Shown piece after piece: positions 20,561-32,017 of a stretch of DNA of 64,000 nucleotides (positions within the stretch are counted from its first letter, which is position 1; each line of letters begins with the position of its first letter). The translations under genes were made by a program, and so were the position numbers. The notes under the pieces were generated by a model. It had not been told where the DNA came from and did not search any database. It saw nothing but the letters and a program-made list of their open reading frames with translations. The DNA is from Trypanosoma brucei. Taxonomy: Eukaryota. The stretch spans positions 3,168,001-3,232,000 of the forward strand of contig CH464491.1 of NCBI GenBank assembly GCA_000002445.1, in the 5' to 3' direction.

Positions 20561-20760
20561 TTGGCGAGACCTGAAAGGACGTAGTTGAGGAGTTTCTTAC
20601 AAGGAAAGGGAAAGAGAGCAGAAATACACACATACACTACATATATATTTCTCGTTCCATTAAAGTGCATTAAAAACATATATCTGACCTTGCGAAAGGC
20701 GCGACCGCCTGTGTTACCGACCGGTGTTACAACACAAGGGTGGTAATAGTGGGAGGGGCG

Positions 20761-23511
20761 ATGGAAAATATTCGCGTGGTGGTACGTGTGCGGCCGTTTA
20801 TTCCGGGCGAAAACCCCCAGCAGTGCGTTACTGTTCATGACAGACAGATACGCGTCGGCGACGATCGGACGTTCGCGTTCGACAAGGTTTTCGATATGAG
20901 GGCTACATGCGATTTAGTGAACAGTTCAGTTGGAGACCCCTTAATTTCTGCGTTTGTTGATGGGTACACCGTTTCTACAATAGCGTACGGACAAACAGGT
21001 GCCGGGAAAACACACACCATGTCACGTCTATCCAGGTACGTTGTGGAACGTGTACATAAAATACTTACGAATGGCGCCGCCGAGCATTCAGGCTTAGCTT
21101 CACCAGGTGCGAGGTCAAACTCGCTGGCGGATGCTGAAGCTGCTGCAACTCAGCCCGAGTTTCGGTTTTCGGCTGTGGAGGTATACAACGATCAGATTAG
21201 CGACCTTGCCGTTTCTGCATCGTCATCATCAGCCCCTCGCCAGGTTCGAACGTTATCACTGCGGGAGGATAATCGCTGTGGTGTGTTTATTAAGGGTCTC
21301 ACTGAGACGGCCGTTGATTCTGCGGAAGGGTTGCTTACCCTTATAGAGAGATGCATATCCTCTCGTCGCACTGCAATGACGCAAGCAAACGAGACAAGCT
21401 CTCGTTCCCATTGTCTACTGACTGTGGCGCTCGTTTACCGGGGCAAAGTCGGACGGTTTGCCCTCGTTGATCTTGCGGGGAGCGAGCGGATGAAAAAGGC
21501 ACACGGCGCAACGCCGAGTGCTGCAGGTGAAGGACATTCGGGAGCAGCTGCGTCGCGGGTTAGAGAGGGCATCAGTATCAACAGTGGTCTCTTGGCCCTG
21601 GGGAATGTTATATCGGCTTTGTGTGCACGCAAGTCACATGTACCGTACCGAGCGTCGAAGTTAACGCGCCTCCTTCAACCAATGCTTAGCGGCAACTCAA
21701 AAACGACAATGATAGCTTGTGTTTCACCAGTGGCTGCGTCATTCGAGGAAACCCTCAACACGTTAAAGTACGCGAACCGTGTGAAGTCTCTCCGCACGAC
21801 GCCATTGCAAATGGCTGCTGTTTCCTCCATGGAGGACGCGCAGCGTGCCATAGAAATGCTGCATCAGCAACTTCTGGAAGCGAAGCAAGTGGGTTGTGGG
21901 CAGTTTTCCGGCATGCCATCATTTCCAACTGGCGATGTAAATGCAAAGTTGGAGGAGCTGGAGGAGAAACTAAGGGTGGAACAGAAGCTTACGCAGCGCC
22001 TAAAGGACGATCTTTTCAATGCGGAGTACACCGCGATGGTTGAGGTTGAGAAGCGGAAGAGTCTCGAAAAGCGGATTGCACTTCTTGAGTTAGTGGAGAA
22101 GGAACGATGTGTGGGTCGTGCGTCAACGAGCACTGCGGAGGTTAGTGCCGTTGGTAGTACTGTGTCGTGCCCTAGAAGGTCAGCAGAGTCTAGTGACCCT
22201 TCCGACGAGGGCGGGGATATAGAAAACAACAGGAAACTTCTAGAGAGACTAGAAGCAGAGCGGGATGAACTCGAAGCACTTAAGAAGCAAAAGGAGACAG
22301 ACTCTAAGCGGCTTGCAGAACTCGATATGGGAGGACAACATTCCATAGGGTGTGACTTTGACGGTAGCTTCTCGCAGGAGAATCTTTTGAGAGACATTGC
22401 CCTGAAGGAGCGGCATATTCAGGAACTTAAGCAGCGAAACGAAGAGGCCGTGTGGGCACTGGAAGACTCAAAGCGCAACCAGGAAGAGGTTCTTTCCGTG
22501 AAGCGTCGTCTTGAAGAAGACCTAGCGAATGCGGTCACGAAATTGGAATCAACTGAAATGGAGCAACAACGGAAGCAGGCGGAGCGGAATAGGTTGTTTG
22601 CACTGCATGAGGAGCGGCTACGCAAGGCCGAAGAAATGGCTGAAACCTACAGGCGTCGTGTGGAGGAGGCGACATTGCAGCTCAATCAGCGTCAATGTAA
22701 CGAGGAACTGATTCAACAGCTCCAGGCACAGATTCCGGAGATGCGTGAAGAGTTGAATCGCCACGTCGTTGCTGTACGCGAGGGACAGCAGCGCGAGCAG
22801 AAGATGGCTGCCTCATATGTACAAAAGGTCAAGAAAATGAAACGACAGATGCGTGAGACGGAGGCTCAGGTCTCTCGACTTCAGGTGGAGCTACAGAAGA
22901 AGGAACGTGAAATTGCTCGGGTTAAATCCAATATTGCTGATAGGTTCGACCGCTGCCTATCTAAAGCCCACGTCGAGCGGAAGCAACTGTTGCGAAACCT
23001 TCAATGCGATTCTTCCGGCCGATCTTCCAGCGTACAGAGGGAAATTGACTTAGAGCTGAGGGCGCTCGCAACGATTGAAACAGATCTTGATGATCTCATG
23101 TTGGAACGTTGTGAAATGAAAGCGCGGCTCGATGAGGTTTGCGGAAGCCCCAACGTGGTGAATAGTTGCGCGGTGGCAGCGAAAGGGTTTGAGTGTCAAT
23201 CCCGTCGCGCCGGCTCGCCAAACAGTTGTAGTGGTGCGCAGGCTGAGGCTTCTACTGACTACAGCGAGGCGCTGGGTGATGGAAATGCTGTTGTGAAGGA
23301 ACAGGCGACGAATCCACTGGTTTTCCAAACGTTGAGGCGACTGGAGGAGGTGGAGGACAGCATCGACAGCCTTCAAGAGGCACGTAAATACCACTTACAG
23401 CGGGTCCGGCGTCTACAAAATAGCTCGGCTTCGGCGCAGGGTTCTGTTACGTCCAGAGCTTGTGAATTGCTGCAGCGCAGCATTAGTGATTCTTTTAGAC
23501 AAACTTCATGA
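20761..23511 (+). CDS. Kinesin-like protein: N-terminal motor domain plus about 550 aa coiled-coil tail. ATG 20761 is preferred over 20740.
   Basis: IRVVVRVRPF (N-terminal beta strand), GQTGAGKTHTM (P-loop), SSRSH (switch I), DLAGSE (switch II), VPYRASKLTRLLQ (kinesin signature). Tail is E/K/R/L/Q heptad-rich. Confidence 0.85.
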   Translation: MENIRVVVRVRPFIPGENPQQCVTVHDRQIRVGDDRTFAFDKVFDMRATCDLVNSSVGDPLISAFVDGYTVSTIAYGQTGAGKTHTMSRLSRYVVERVHKILTNGAAEHSGLASPGARSNSLADAEAAATQPEFRFSAVEVYNDQISDLAVSASSSSAPRQVRTLSLREDNRCGVFIKGLTETAVDSAEGLLTLIERCISSRRTAMTQANETSSRSHCLLTVALVYRGKVGRFALVDLAGSERMKKAHGATPSAAGEGHSGAAASRVREGISINSGLLALGNVISALCARKSHVPYRASKLTRLLQPMLSGNSKTTMIACVSPVAASFEETLNTLKYANRVKSLRTTPLQMAAVSSMEDAQRAIEMLHQQLLEAKQVGCGQFSGMPSFPTGDVNAKLEELEEKLRVEQKLTQRLKDDLFNAEYTAMVEVEKRKSLEKRIALLELVEKERCVGRASTSTAEVSAVGSTVSCPRRSAESSDPSDEGGDIENNRKLLERLEAERDELEALKKQKETDSKRLAELDMGGQHSIGCDFDGSFSQENLLRDIALKERHIQELKQRNEEAVWALEDSKRNQEEVLSVKRRLEEDLANAVTKLESTEMEQQRKQAERNRLFALHEERLRKAEEMAETYRRRVEEATLQLNQRQCNEELIQQLQAQIPEMREELNRHVVAVREGQQREQKMAASYVQKVKKMKRQMRETEAQVSRLQVELQKKEREIARVKSNIADRFDRCLSKAHVERKQLLRNLQCDSSGRSSSVQREIDLELRALATIETDLDDLMLERCEMKARLDEVCGSPNVVNSCAVAAKGFECQSRRAGSPNSCSGAQAEASTDYSEALGDGNAVVKEQATNPLVFQTLRRLEEVEDSIDSLQEARKYHLQRVRRLQNSSASAQGSVTSRACELLQRSISDSFRQTS

Positions 23512-25759
23512 GTAATGAAGGTTTTGTTCAGTTATATATTATTGGCTTGGTTCCAAACTTTCTTTCTCTTTTTATATCCTCTCGTTTTTTGTTTGTTGTC
23601 TTCAAAAGGTGCTTTGCTCCTTCCGTCAGGTCGGAACGGTGGTGTGGAGGACGGTGAATTTTCGGTAACAGGGGTGCGAATTTTTTTCTTTTTTTTGGGA
23701 GGGGACGTTTACATATATGATATGAAAGTTATTATCATCATTTCTTTCATCGAATTTCTTTTCCCTGTTTTAATTATTATTTCCCATTGTCTTTTTCTTT
23801 TTTTTCTTTTTGCCCTTCTCTACGGTTGCTCTCTAGCAACATGTGGGGTTTTTTTTCATTGTCTCTTTTTTTATTCGTGTATTCTTCGTCCTCTTCCTTC
23901 TAACCTTCCCTTTTCACTATTCACCTTCAACCTTGTACATTTCTTCCTCGTGCTTTCTTTTTCCACACCACTGCCATCTGCGGTAACGATATCGTTGCCA
24001 TCGTAAATAACGACGGCAAAAAAGAAGAAAAAAAAGAACTGAAGCGAGGAAGGGGAATGTACATACACATATTCCCCTTTACATTCTGTTGATCAGTACT
24101 TTTCTATATCTTTATTGTTGTTGCTGTTGACCCCCTTTTTGCCGTTCGTGTTTCAACTTTTTCGCATATATGAATCAAAAGAACTTGTATATGTATATAT
24201 ATTTATTTATATATTTGTATATAGATTTACACCTATATTTTCTTGAAGAGAAACCGTCTGGTAATTTACCTCCCCTTATTTGAATAATCACTGTTTCTCT
24301 TGAATAAATTTTCGCTTCATAACCCCTCGTTGGTTGAACTATACTTATTTTTTCCCCCCTTTTAGACGTTCTGTTGTTGTTGTTGTTTTTCTTCACTTTC
24401 TTTTTTTTATGTGGGGTGGGAGAGGAGAGATAAAAAGAGGGTGCAAGGGGGGAATGCACCATTATTATCACTATTATTGTTATCATTGTTCTTTACTATC
24501 CTCATGCATCATCATCATTTGCGATGTGTCATCTCGCAAGCTGCGTGGTTAAGGAATGACAGAGAAAAGAGTGAAGGAAATAATAAAATAAAAAATTAAT
24601 TATACCGACAATAAAGGAAGAAAAGGCTTCATTCCTTTTTTTTCCTTTGTGTGGTTCGCTCTCTCTCTTTCTCTCTTCTCCTCTTTTTGATTTTTCCTTT
24701 TACGTTCTTCGTACGGGCGTGTGATAGAGACGAAAAAGTAAATGGGTGAGAAAAAACAAATAAATAAAACACAAATAACAATAATAATAATAATATTAAT
24801 ACAATACACAGTAATACTAATATTGGTAGTTGCAGAGGGTACACCGAGAGAGAGAGAGAGAAGAAAAAAAAAGAAGAGACACAGACAAACAGGATAAAAT
24901 GAATGAAGTAATTTGTGAAGAGGAGGTAATAGCAACAGCGACTGTAAGAACAACAACAATTATATTTACAGTTATCATACAGTGGAACAGGGCCTTCATT
25001 AGTAGCACGTTCTCTTCTCTGTCGACTCGCTGCTTGTTTGTTCCGTTTCCCTCTCTTTATACCTTTATCATCGTCACTGTTAGCGAGAGTCAAGGGAAAG
25101 GAAAAGGAAAGAAAGAACAAAAAAGAGCATGCGGTTAAGAGGAAACAGAAAGTCATCGGGGCCAAAACTGTTGGAGTGAAAAACGAAGACAATGGAAGAT
25201 ACAAGGCAGAAACGTTGTCATGCATTTGAACTACTACCATTCGCCTTTTTTGTTGGCTCTGGCTGTTTTTTAAGATTTGTTTTTTTTTCATTTTTCATCA
25301 TCTTTTTCAGTATGACATTCCAGCTTAATTGTATTACGCTCGGTAATGCGCATTATGCGGCAAGCTAACAACAATAATAACAAAAGAAAAAAGTGGGGGG
25401 GGGGGGCGGAGCGTGAAGCATATTTGCTCGGGAGTGTCATCGGGCCTCCGACAAACCCAATGTTCCTACCTTTCATTTTTCTCCAGTGATTTGTGAGTCT
25501 CGTTGGAAGTACTTCCATATGAGTGTGCGTGGATGGGAACTCACCTCTTCTCTTTTGTTCCTCATCTTACTTCTTCCTTTCTTCCTTCCTTTTCTCCCAT
25601 TATATGAACCCCTTCCACGGCTAATGCCCTCCGTTGAGGAGAGTGACGGGGCGGTGGGTGAGTTGGGAGCTTTCTTCAGAGTTTAGTACTACTGTACAGT
25701 CGCGCGGTAACATATCCCTTTCTTTCCTCCCTGTTTTAGGCTTATTGTTTGCCTCGCCG

Positions 25760-25862
25760 TCTTCTTTCTGTTAACCCACCGTCGTGATTGTTTCTATCCC
25801 TTTTTCCTTTTTTCTTCTTCTTTTCTCCCAGGTTTCCTTTCCTTTCCTTTTTCTCACTCGTA
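25760..25862 (+). promoter_or_regulatory. Long polypyrimidine tract plus AG upstream of the CHFR-like gene. The ORF-track N-terminal extension 25784-25939 is its translation artefact.
   Basis: ccctttttccttttttcttcttcttttctcccaggtttcctttcctttcctttttctcactcgtag. In-frame translation gives a poly-F/L/S peptide with no domain. Confidence 0.45.
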
Positions 25863-25939
25863 GCTCTGGTGGCGAAGCAACGGAGAGGGAGAGGTACTAT
25901 TTGTGTGTGTGTTTTAGAGGAGAGGAGAAAAGAGGGAAG

Positions 25940-27613
25940 ATGTCAGGTTGCGACGGGACGGAGGGCCGCTTTGGTCGAATTTCCTCGTGGGAGCCGAGCA
26001 CGCCACCCGATGTTGTCACCGACTCCGTTGAGGACGCCTTCGAAGAGGTCGCACCTTCGGTGAATGGACCACTCATCGCACGCCTTATTCCGATACGCGA
26101 CGGCTCCACTGCTTCACTGCGGGTACCAATGCCAATACTTGAGATATACAGAGATTCAGGCACTATCACAATGGGCCGCTCAAGGGAACTGCCTGTTGAG
26201 TGCCGCGTAGATGTGGCACGTGTATCAACTCAGCACTGTGAGTTGCGTGTTAATGCTGTCACTCGGCAGGTGACTGTGCGAGACATATCGTTAAATGGAA
26301 CATTCGTAAATGGGAAGCGGTTAGAGAAAGGTGTTGACGTGGAGCTGCAGTCTGGCGACCAAATTTCCTTCGTGAAATCCCTTCCCACTGGTACCACTGC
26401 AACGTCAACTCCGGCACAGACCTCGTCATCTGAGTCTGCAAATGTGAGCAGTGGTGGTGGAAACGGTGCAGAATACGTGTTTCAGAGGGTGTCCAGCACA
26501 CAAAGTGTTTCGCAAATGGTAGAGGAGCTTACGTGCTCCGTGTGCAAACATCTCTACCATCGGCCCTGCAGTGCATTGCCTTGCATGCATGTGTTTTGTG
26601 CTTCGTGTTTGAGCAAGTGGTTAGCGTGCGGTAACGTCACGTGTATGGAGTGCCGTGCGGAGCTGTCAGAGGTTCGCCCAACGCATAAGCTACAGAACTG
26701 TGTAGAGCAACTCTTGAAACTCAACCCGGGGCTCTGTCGTAGCGCCGAGGAACTGGCGGAGTGTGGGTTCAACGACGATATTCCCCCCGAGGGAAGAAAG
26801 TTACTGAAGCGGACACGCAGGGTTCGGGATGATGACGGTGATGACTACTCCGATACGGGGAGTGATCTCGATGATGATGATGATGATTTCGGTAGTGAAT
26901 TCAATACAAGCAGTGGGGGTGATGGCGTTAATGCAACTCATGTTCCTCAACTGTACCAAGGCCAAACGCATGGTCATGCGCCAGCAACTGGGTCTTGCAA
27001 GCACTGTGAAGCTCCTTCTGCGGTGGACGGTTTCCGTTGCCCTGCGAGGGGGATGCACCAGTCTTGTGCACGGTGTCGTCGGCTATTCCCCATGCGTCCA
27101 CTCTGCACTCGGCCGCAACGGTGCCATCTCTGCAGCACCCCGTATTGTAATTTGTACTACAAGGATGAGGGTGGTTGTCCAGTTGGCGCTGACGGGGGCC
27201 TTACCATCGTTTCGCAGTACCGTGCGCCGCAAGCCCTTCCACCAAACCTGTTTGGTGGCAACAAGGTGGAACAAAACATTGTTTCAAGTTATTTGATGGT
27301 CAAACACGTGGTGGTTGAGGATGTTTGGGGAGAATGCCTCCAGAAGTTGAGTGGTCGTGAATGGGTGCCTGATATTACTTGTGTAAATGGGCCTGTGACA
27401 GCAGATTCTGCTCTGTGTGAAGGCTGCATGGACATCCTCTTTGCCGCATTGTTGTTTCATTACCGTCGCTGCATACCTCGTGCTGAGTTACCATATTCTG
27501 TGACGGACAGACCGAACTGTTGGTACGGCCTGAACTGCCGCACACAGTTTCACAACATGCAGCACGCAAACAAATATAACCACGCGTGCTACCAAGAAAA
27601 GCGGAAAGAGTAG
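25940..27613 (+). CDS. CHFR-like E3 ubiquitin ligase: FHA domain, RING finger, Cys-rich region, and a C-terminal PBZ (PAR-binding) zinc finger
   Basis: FHA signature: TMGRS...C..VDV..VSTQHCEL......VTVRDISLNGTFVNGKRL. RING: CSVCKHLYHRPCSALPCMHVFCASCLSKWLACGNVTCMEC. PBZ-like: RPNCWYGLNCRTQFHNMQHANKYNH, which fits CxYGxxCx(5-6)Hx(4-5)YxH. D-rich acidic linker (DDDGDDYSD...DDDDDD). Confidence 0.75.
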   Translation: MSGCDGTEGRFGRISSWEPSTPPDVVTDSVEDAFEEVAPSVNGPLIARLIPIRDGSTASLRVPMPILEIYRDSGTITMGRSRELPVECRVDVARVSTQHCELRVNAVTRQVTVRDISLNGTFVNGKRLEKGVDVELQSGDQISFVKSLPTGTTATSTPAQTSSSESANVSSGGGNGAEYVFQRVSSTQSVSQMVEELTCSVCKHLYHRPCSALPCMHVFCASCLSKWLACGNVTCMECRAELSEVRPTHKLQNCVEQLLKLNPGLCRSAEELAECGFNDDIPPEGRKLLKRTRRVRDDDGDDYSDTGSDLDDDDDDFGSEFNTSSGGDGVNATHVPQLYQGQTHGHAPATGSCKHCEAPSAVDGFRCPARGMHQSCARCRRLFPMRPLCTRPQRCHLCSTPYCNLYYKDEGGCPVGADGGLTIVSQYRAPQALPPNLFGGNKVEQNIVSSYLMVKHVVVEDVWGECLQKLSGREWVPDITCVNGPVTADSALCEGCMDILFAALLFHYRRCIPRAELPYSVTDRPNCWYGLNCRTQFHNMQHANKYNHACYQEKRKE

Positions 27614-29536
27614 ACTCTATGGGGAGTGTTGGTCTCGCTGAATGAATGTAAAGGCGTCCTTACGAGCATTTCGAGCGATTGTATTGTGTTTTGTGCCGTG
27701 GCATGTGTGCGGTGTTTGTGTCGTTGCGATGTTGGACTCGTACTGCACCTCCTAGTTGGCTTTCTTGCTTTTGCTTCCTTAACTCGACCGTGAGATGATG
27801 GAAGTAAGGGGTAGAGGAAGGGCATAAAAGAAGGCTATCTGTGCGTAGAAAATATTTTCTGTGTTAAGTTTCAGTATCGAACACTTGTGTAACGTACCAA
27901 CTGATTACAACCACATGGGTACGTACGTTGCGACTGTGCGGGACGCGTAGAAATAAGGGTGAGATTGGATTCTAACATGAAGTCCCCTCCCCTCTCCACT
28001 ACAATTCTCTGTTCCCGTCTTCACCGCTTACTTCTACTTGTCACCACATCTCTTTTATGTGCCCGGTGTTGCGAGAGGAACAGTAGTGAGAGTCCAAGGA
28101 CCAGTTTGTTACGCGTCACAGCACAGATAGGGAAGGGCATAAACCTAAAAGCTGCTGCGTCTGACGGCGACGAGCAGGCGAAACAATGAGCAGTCATTTC
28201 TCCGGTAGGGAGGAGGCGGTGCATCGTTCCAGTTTGTCATATCTTCTTTCACCTAACCGACCGCGTTCTGCTGGGGAGCAGAGATTTATTCGACATGCAG
28301 TGTTTCGTGCCACAGCATTCATTGGGTTTATTTTCTACTTCATTTATTGCAACCCAGAGTACAGTTATACGTATTCGTACCTCCAGAAGGAGTACGGTCT
28401 CGGCCTTGGTGAACCGTGGCTTCCAAAGTTATTGAAGCTACAAAAGAGACCACCAGTGGAGTGAATGACCTGAATTTTGTCGTCTGCTGCGCTACGAAAG
28501 GGTGAGGAGAGTTCTGTGGAGATCAAAAACCGGAGGTGATCATCTTATTTATTGGGGACGTGCGGGAGACAGGTAAGTGGACGGACGATTTATTTCGGTC
28601 CTTAGTTAAGGTATGCCATTACTTCTTCAGTAGCCGTGCTCATTGCGGCACTTCCATCCTGACGTCACAAAGGTTCACGTCATGTGCTTTGTGGCTTCCG
28701 CGCTCCGCGTTAATGGCAGCCTGGAAGCATGTTGAAAGGAGAGCATAAACGACGAATGCCATACCGTTAACGAATTTAAAATCTTTATACAGAGGCGACA
28801 ACCCACTTGTCCATCTCTTTTCATAAGGAAAAATTTGATCGTGCCCGCATGCTGTATCTACGTAGCTGTTTTTTTTATATTTTTTCTTTGTTGCTCATTG
28901 CCAAGGCGTGCAGCGGCGAGTTCAGGGATCTCAATGGCAACTGTAAAACCGTTAAAGCGGTTAACGGCGTTCATCGGGCCGGAAATTGTCTCTTCTTTTC
29001 ACCAGCTGGCGGATTTACGGCTTATATTACATGATCTGTAGTCAAGAGTTTTTGTTTACCTTTCGTATACGGAGCCGTATTACCGGATGAGTGAAATCAT
29101 CCCATCGCGCAGCTGTCGTGGCGCCTCATAACTGCCGTCAAGTGGCTCGGTGGTTGCCACGCTATCAATTCTTTACATACGTCAAATGGTTGGTGTAACT
29201 GGTGACGGCGCTGGTGCAATTGTTCATATCGTTTACGGTACCGTAGGTGATAATGTGTTTGATTGTTTCATCTTATTTTCCAGCTTGTTTTTAGTCTGAA
29301 TTCCTCTAAATCGCACCATCCTCACCCCTTTTTCCTTCTTGAATGTCCCACAACATTCCCTTGATCATACGTGAGAAGTGTAGGCTAGGACGAATTTGAC
29401 AACACCTCAATAAACAAAAATAATAGCTAGCCGCTGTAGGCTGCGAGAGAAAAATATATACATATATATATATTTCCCTTCTCCGTAACAATAAAAGCCG
29501 AAAGGCTGGACAGAGAGTTGAAGCGGTGAGCGGAAG

Positions 29537-30412
29537 ATGTTCAGTGAACCTGTGTATCTGACGATAGGTGATGAGTATGAAAAGCGCGCAGTAAAGCCCT
29601 CGAAGAGCAGAGGCCGCAACTTTATTGTGCCCGTCAAGCGCTCACCACACATCACCGACGCAGTGTTCCAAAAATCATTTATTTCCCTTGCTGTCGGTGA
29701 TGAGTACTTGCCACCTCCACCCGGTGGTACGTTCCGCCAACCGGCTGAGAAAAAGCCAGGGGAGCCACAACCCCTCCCGTTTAAGCCGCCAAGCCGCCCA
29801 CACAAATCATGCGGCAGTGGCTCGTATTACGGCACCTTCAACGAGAAGAACCCACCAAAGCACGAGCCGGAAACGACGATCGCTGAAGTAAAGAAATCCG
29901 GAGCCAACGCTCCTGCTGGTACAGTCCGTAAACCCAACCTCTACACAAACCCGGGTAAGAAAGGGACCTACGGGTACACTGGCCTAACCCTTGGAAGGGC
30001 TGGTGAGGTGCAGTACATATCAGATCCAGTCGGTTGCTGCAGTGGGCAACGTACTCACAGCCCACGCACACAAGCACCGTTCAGTGCGGCAGTGAAGTGT
30101 GGTGGTTGTTTTGATGAGGGGCCACATGGTTTTAGCACGGTGTACGGCATGAACAAACCGTTGCCTATGAGGAAGGTACCTCCGCAGCGTGTATTGCCCC
30201 CAATGAAGCCATGGAGACCCGCCGGCGCACTTGTGAGGGAAATCACCCGCCACCCGGAGTATCAAGAGGACCCCTACGATCTAAAGGAAAAGCGACTTCG
30301 CGAAGAGCGGTTGAAGGAACAGAGTCATAAGCCGTGGTTCCCCTGCGGCACCGATGCGTATCGCCACATTTACACTTATCCTGTGCCGTATAACCCTCCC
30401 CCAGTGGTGTAG
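29537..30412 (+). CDS. Hypothetical proline-rich protein (291 aa) with duplicated [LT]-[IA]-[GV]-GDEY motif
   Basis: YLTIGDEYEKRAVKPSK and ISLAVGDEYLPPPPGG near the N-terminus. Many short P/K/G-rich segments and repeated Y-x-xP elements, reminiscent of small microtubule/axoneme-associated proteins. No firm family call. Confidence 0.5.
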   Translation: MFSEPVYLTIGDEYEKRAVKPSKSRGRNFIVPVKRSPHITDAVFQKSFISLAVGDEYLPPPPGGTFRQPAEKKPGEPQPLPFKPPSRPHKSCGSGSYYGTFNEKNPPKHEPETTIAEVKKSGANAPAGTVRKPNLYTNPGKKGTYGYTGLTLGRAGEVQYISDPVGCCSGQRTHSPRTQAPFSAAVKCGGCFDEGPHGFSTVYGMNKPLPMRKVPPQRVLPPMKPWRPAGALVREITRHPEYQEDPYDLKEKRLREERLKEQSHKPWFPCGTDAYRHIYTYPVPYNPPPVV

Positions 30413-31184
30413 TGTCTAGAGGGGTTATGTAACGGTTGGGGTGTGGTGATGACGTAAGCGGTTGGATGAGCACAAACTTCTGATGTGTTTAAACTCTGCA
30501 CACCATTCTCAGCGTTTGTTACGGGAGGAAGGGGGCGCCTCGATGCCGCTTACGTGGGTGGGTTTGTGGGAGGTTATGACTATGCAATGTTGGATTAAAT
30601 ATGTATATTTTTCTATTTCAAGGGGTTTAGATTGCTGATTCAATAGTTAGAAGGCGAGCATGTATCGCGTTTGTTGGGTATACCGTTCCTCCTCCCCATC
30701 TCAACACATACTGTCTCCGTTAGATGAAGTGAGGTAACATCGGCCCTGTGGTGCGAGGGGGAACATGATTAGGTTTACTGGTTCGACTCTGTGCATATGT
30801 GTCCACTGCAGGGTCCGGTCTGTACTGTTCATACAAATATATGTAAGACCTCATTCACTTTTTTTCGGTTAGTTAATTACTCCTTTCTTCCATCTGATTT
30901 TTTTCCTGTTTGTTTCCCCGAAATTTCTCGATATCTGACTTTTATGTATTTGAGCGCCTGCGTATGTATGTGGTTGCAATGGAAAGGGTTCGGGCTGTGC
31001 TTTCTTCCGCTCTTTCCTCCCGTGTTTTCCTGATTTAACCGCAAAACTGTCGATTTGCCTCATAGGCCGCAAAAGGGAAGTGTGACCGGCCGGAGGAAAG
31101 TGCGGAAGAAAGGAAAGAAAGGCTTAAAGTGATTACTGAAAATGCGGGGAAGCGGAAGAAGGATAATAGTAATAGACGCGTATG

Positions 31185-31236
31185 AAAGTATGTGAGTGAG
31201 TATGTGAGTGTGTGTGTGTGTGTGCTTGTGGGGGGA
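31185..31236. repeat. (GT)n / (GTGAGT)n-type microsatellite
   Basis: Direct read: gtatgtgagtgagtatgtgagtgtgtgtgtgtgtgtgcttgtg. A second (GT)n lies at 31548-31576. Confidence 0.8.
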
Positions 31237-32017
31237 CGGTTTGCGGCTCTTATGTGAGGACTGGTGCACATCTTTCACTCTACCCTCTTTCACATGCAAC
31301 TGCGTGGGAAACCCCTTGAAGTAAAAAAGAGAAGGAACATTTTCATATGGAATATGAAGGTTTGAAAACTCTGCGAATGGTGGAACCAATAATACGCCGG
31401 GATACACAACCAGCGTGTTAAGGAATGAGAGAATACAAACCGAAAGATTGGGGTAAAACTCAGAGGAAGTACGTGGGTAAACTGGTTGAGATGCGCGAGT
31501 GAGCTAAGCAACAAACAGAAAGAAGTCACATGGAAAATTATCCCGCTGTGTGTATGTGTGTATGTGTGTGTGTTTATTCCTCCCTTATATGTGCCGTGCC
31601 CACAATATCACTGATGTACATAACCAAGGGATCTCACTATCTCAAGGGTTTGAAAAGAAAAAAAGACAAAAAAATATGGATGAAGAAGCAGAAAAGAACG
31701 AGCTTACTTGTAAAAGCATCTCCCCCCCTTTTTTGTTAAACCATTAAAAAAAAACCTCCGTTAGTACTATGTCAACTGTTGACAAGGTTAACGTCGCCGT
31801 CTATGGAGGTGACAATAACGGATACGATGAACCGCCGAAATATCTGAAGAAAAGGAGGGAAAAGGAAAGGGGATTGAGGCGCTCGGGAGAGTAATGAAAG
31901 GAGTTTATTTCTTTGTTCCGTATTGTTTCAGCGATGAAACTCCTCACAATATCCGGCCCGCCAATGTTGCTGTTGCCCTTCGTGATTTGCCCCTGTATGA
32001 GGAGGAGGGAAAGGGGG

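Noticed and set aside
20740-20760. Upstream in-frame ATGs extending gene models (kinesin 20740, RRM 3629, CHFR-like 25784, 51350, 53319, 49030, 58529)
   Set aside because: The added N-terminal peptides translate polypyrimidine or A/G-rich leader sequence and lack any domain. Downstream ATGs place the start just before the first conserved motif and downstream of the predicted splice-acceptor tracts.
21240-21260. tRNA-like B-box strings (GGTTCGA at about 21247 and about 22945)
   Set aside because: They lie inside the kinesin CDS and lack the rest of the B-box consensus (GGTTCGANTCC) and any A-box or cloverleaf. No tRNA genes are detected in the window.
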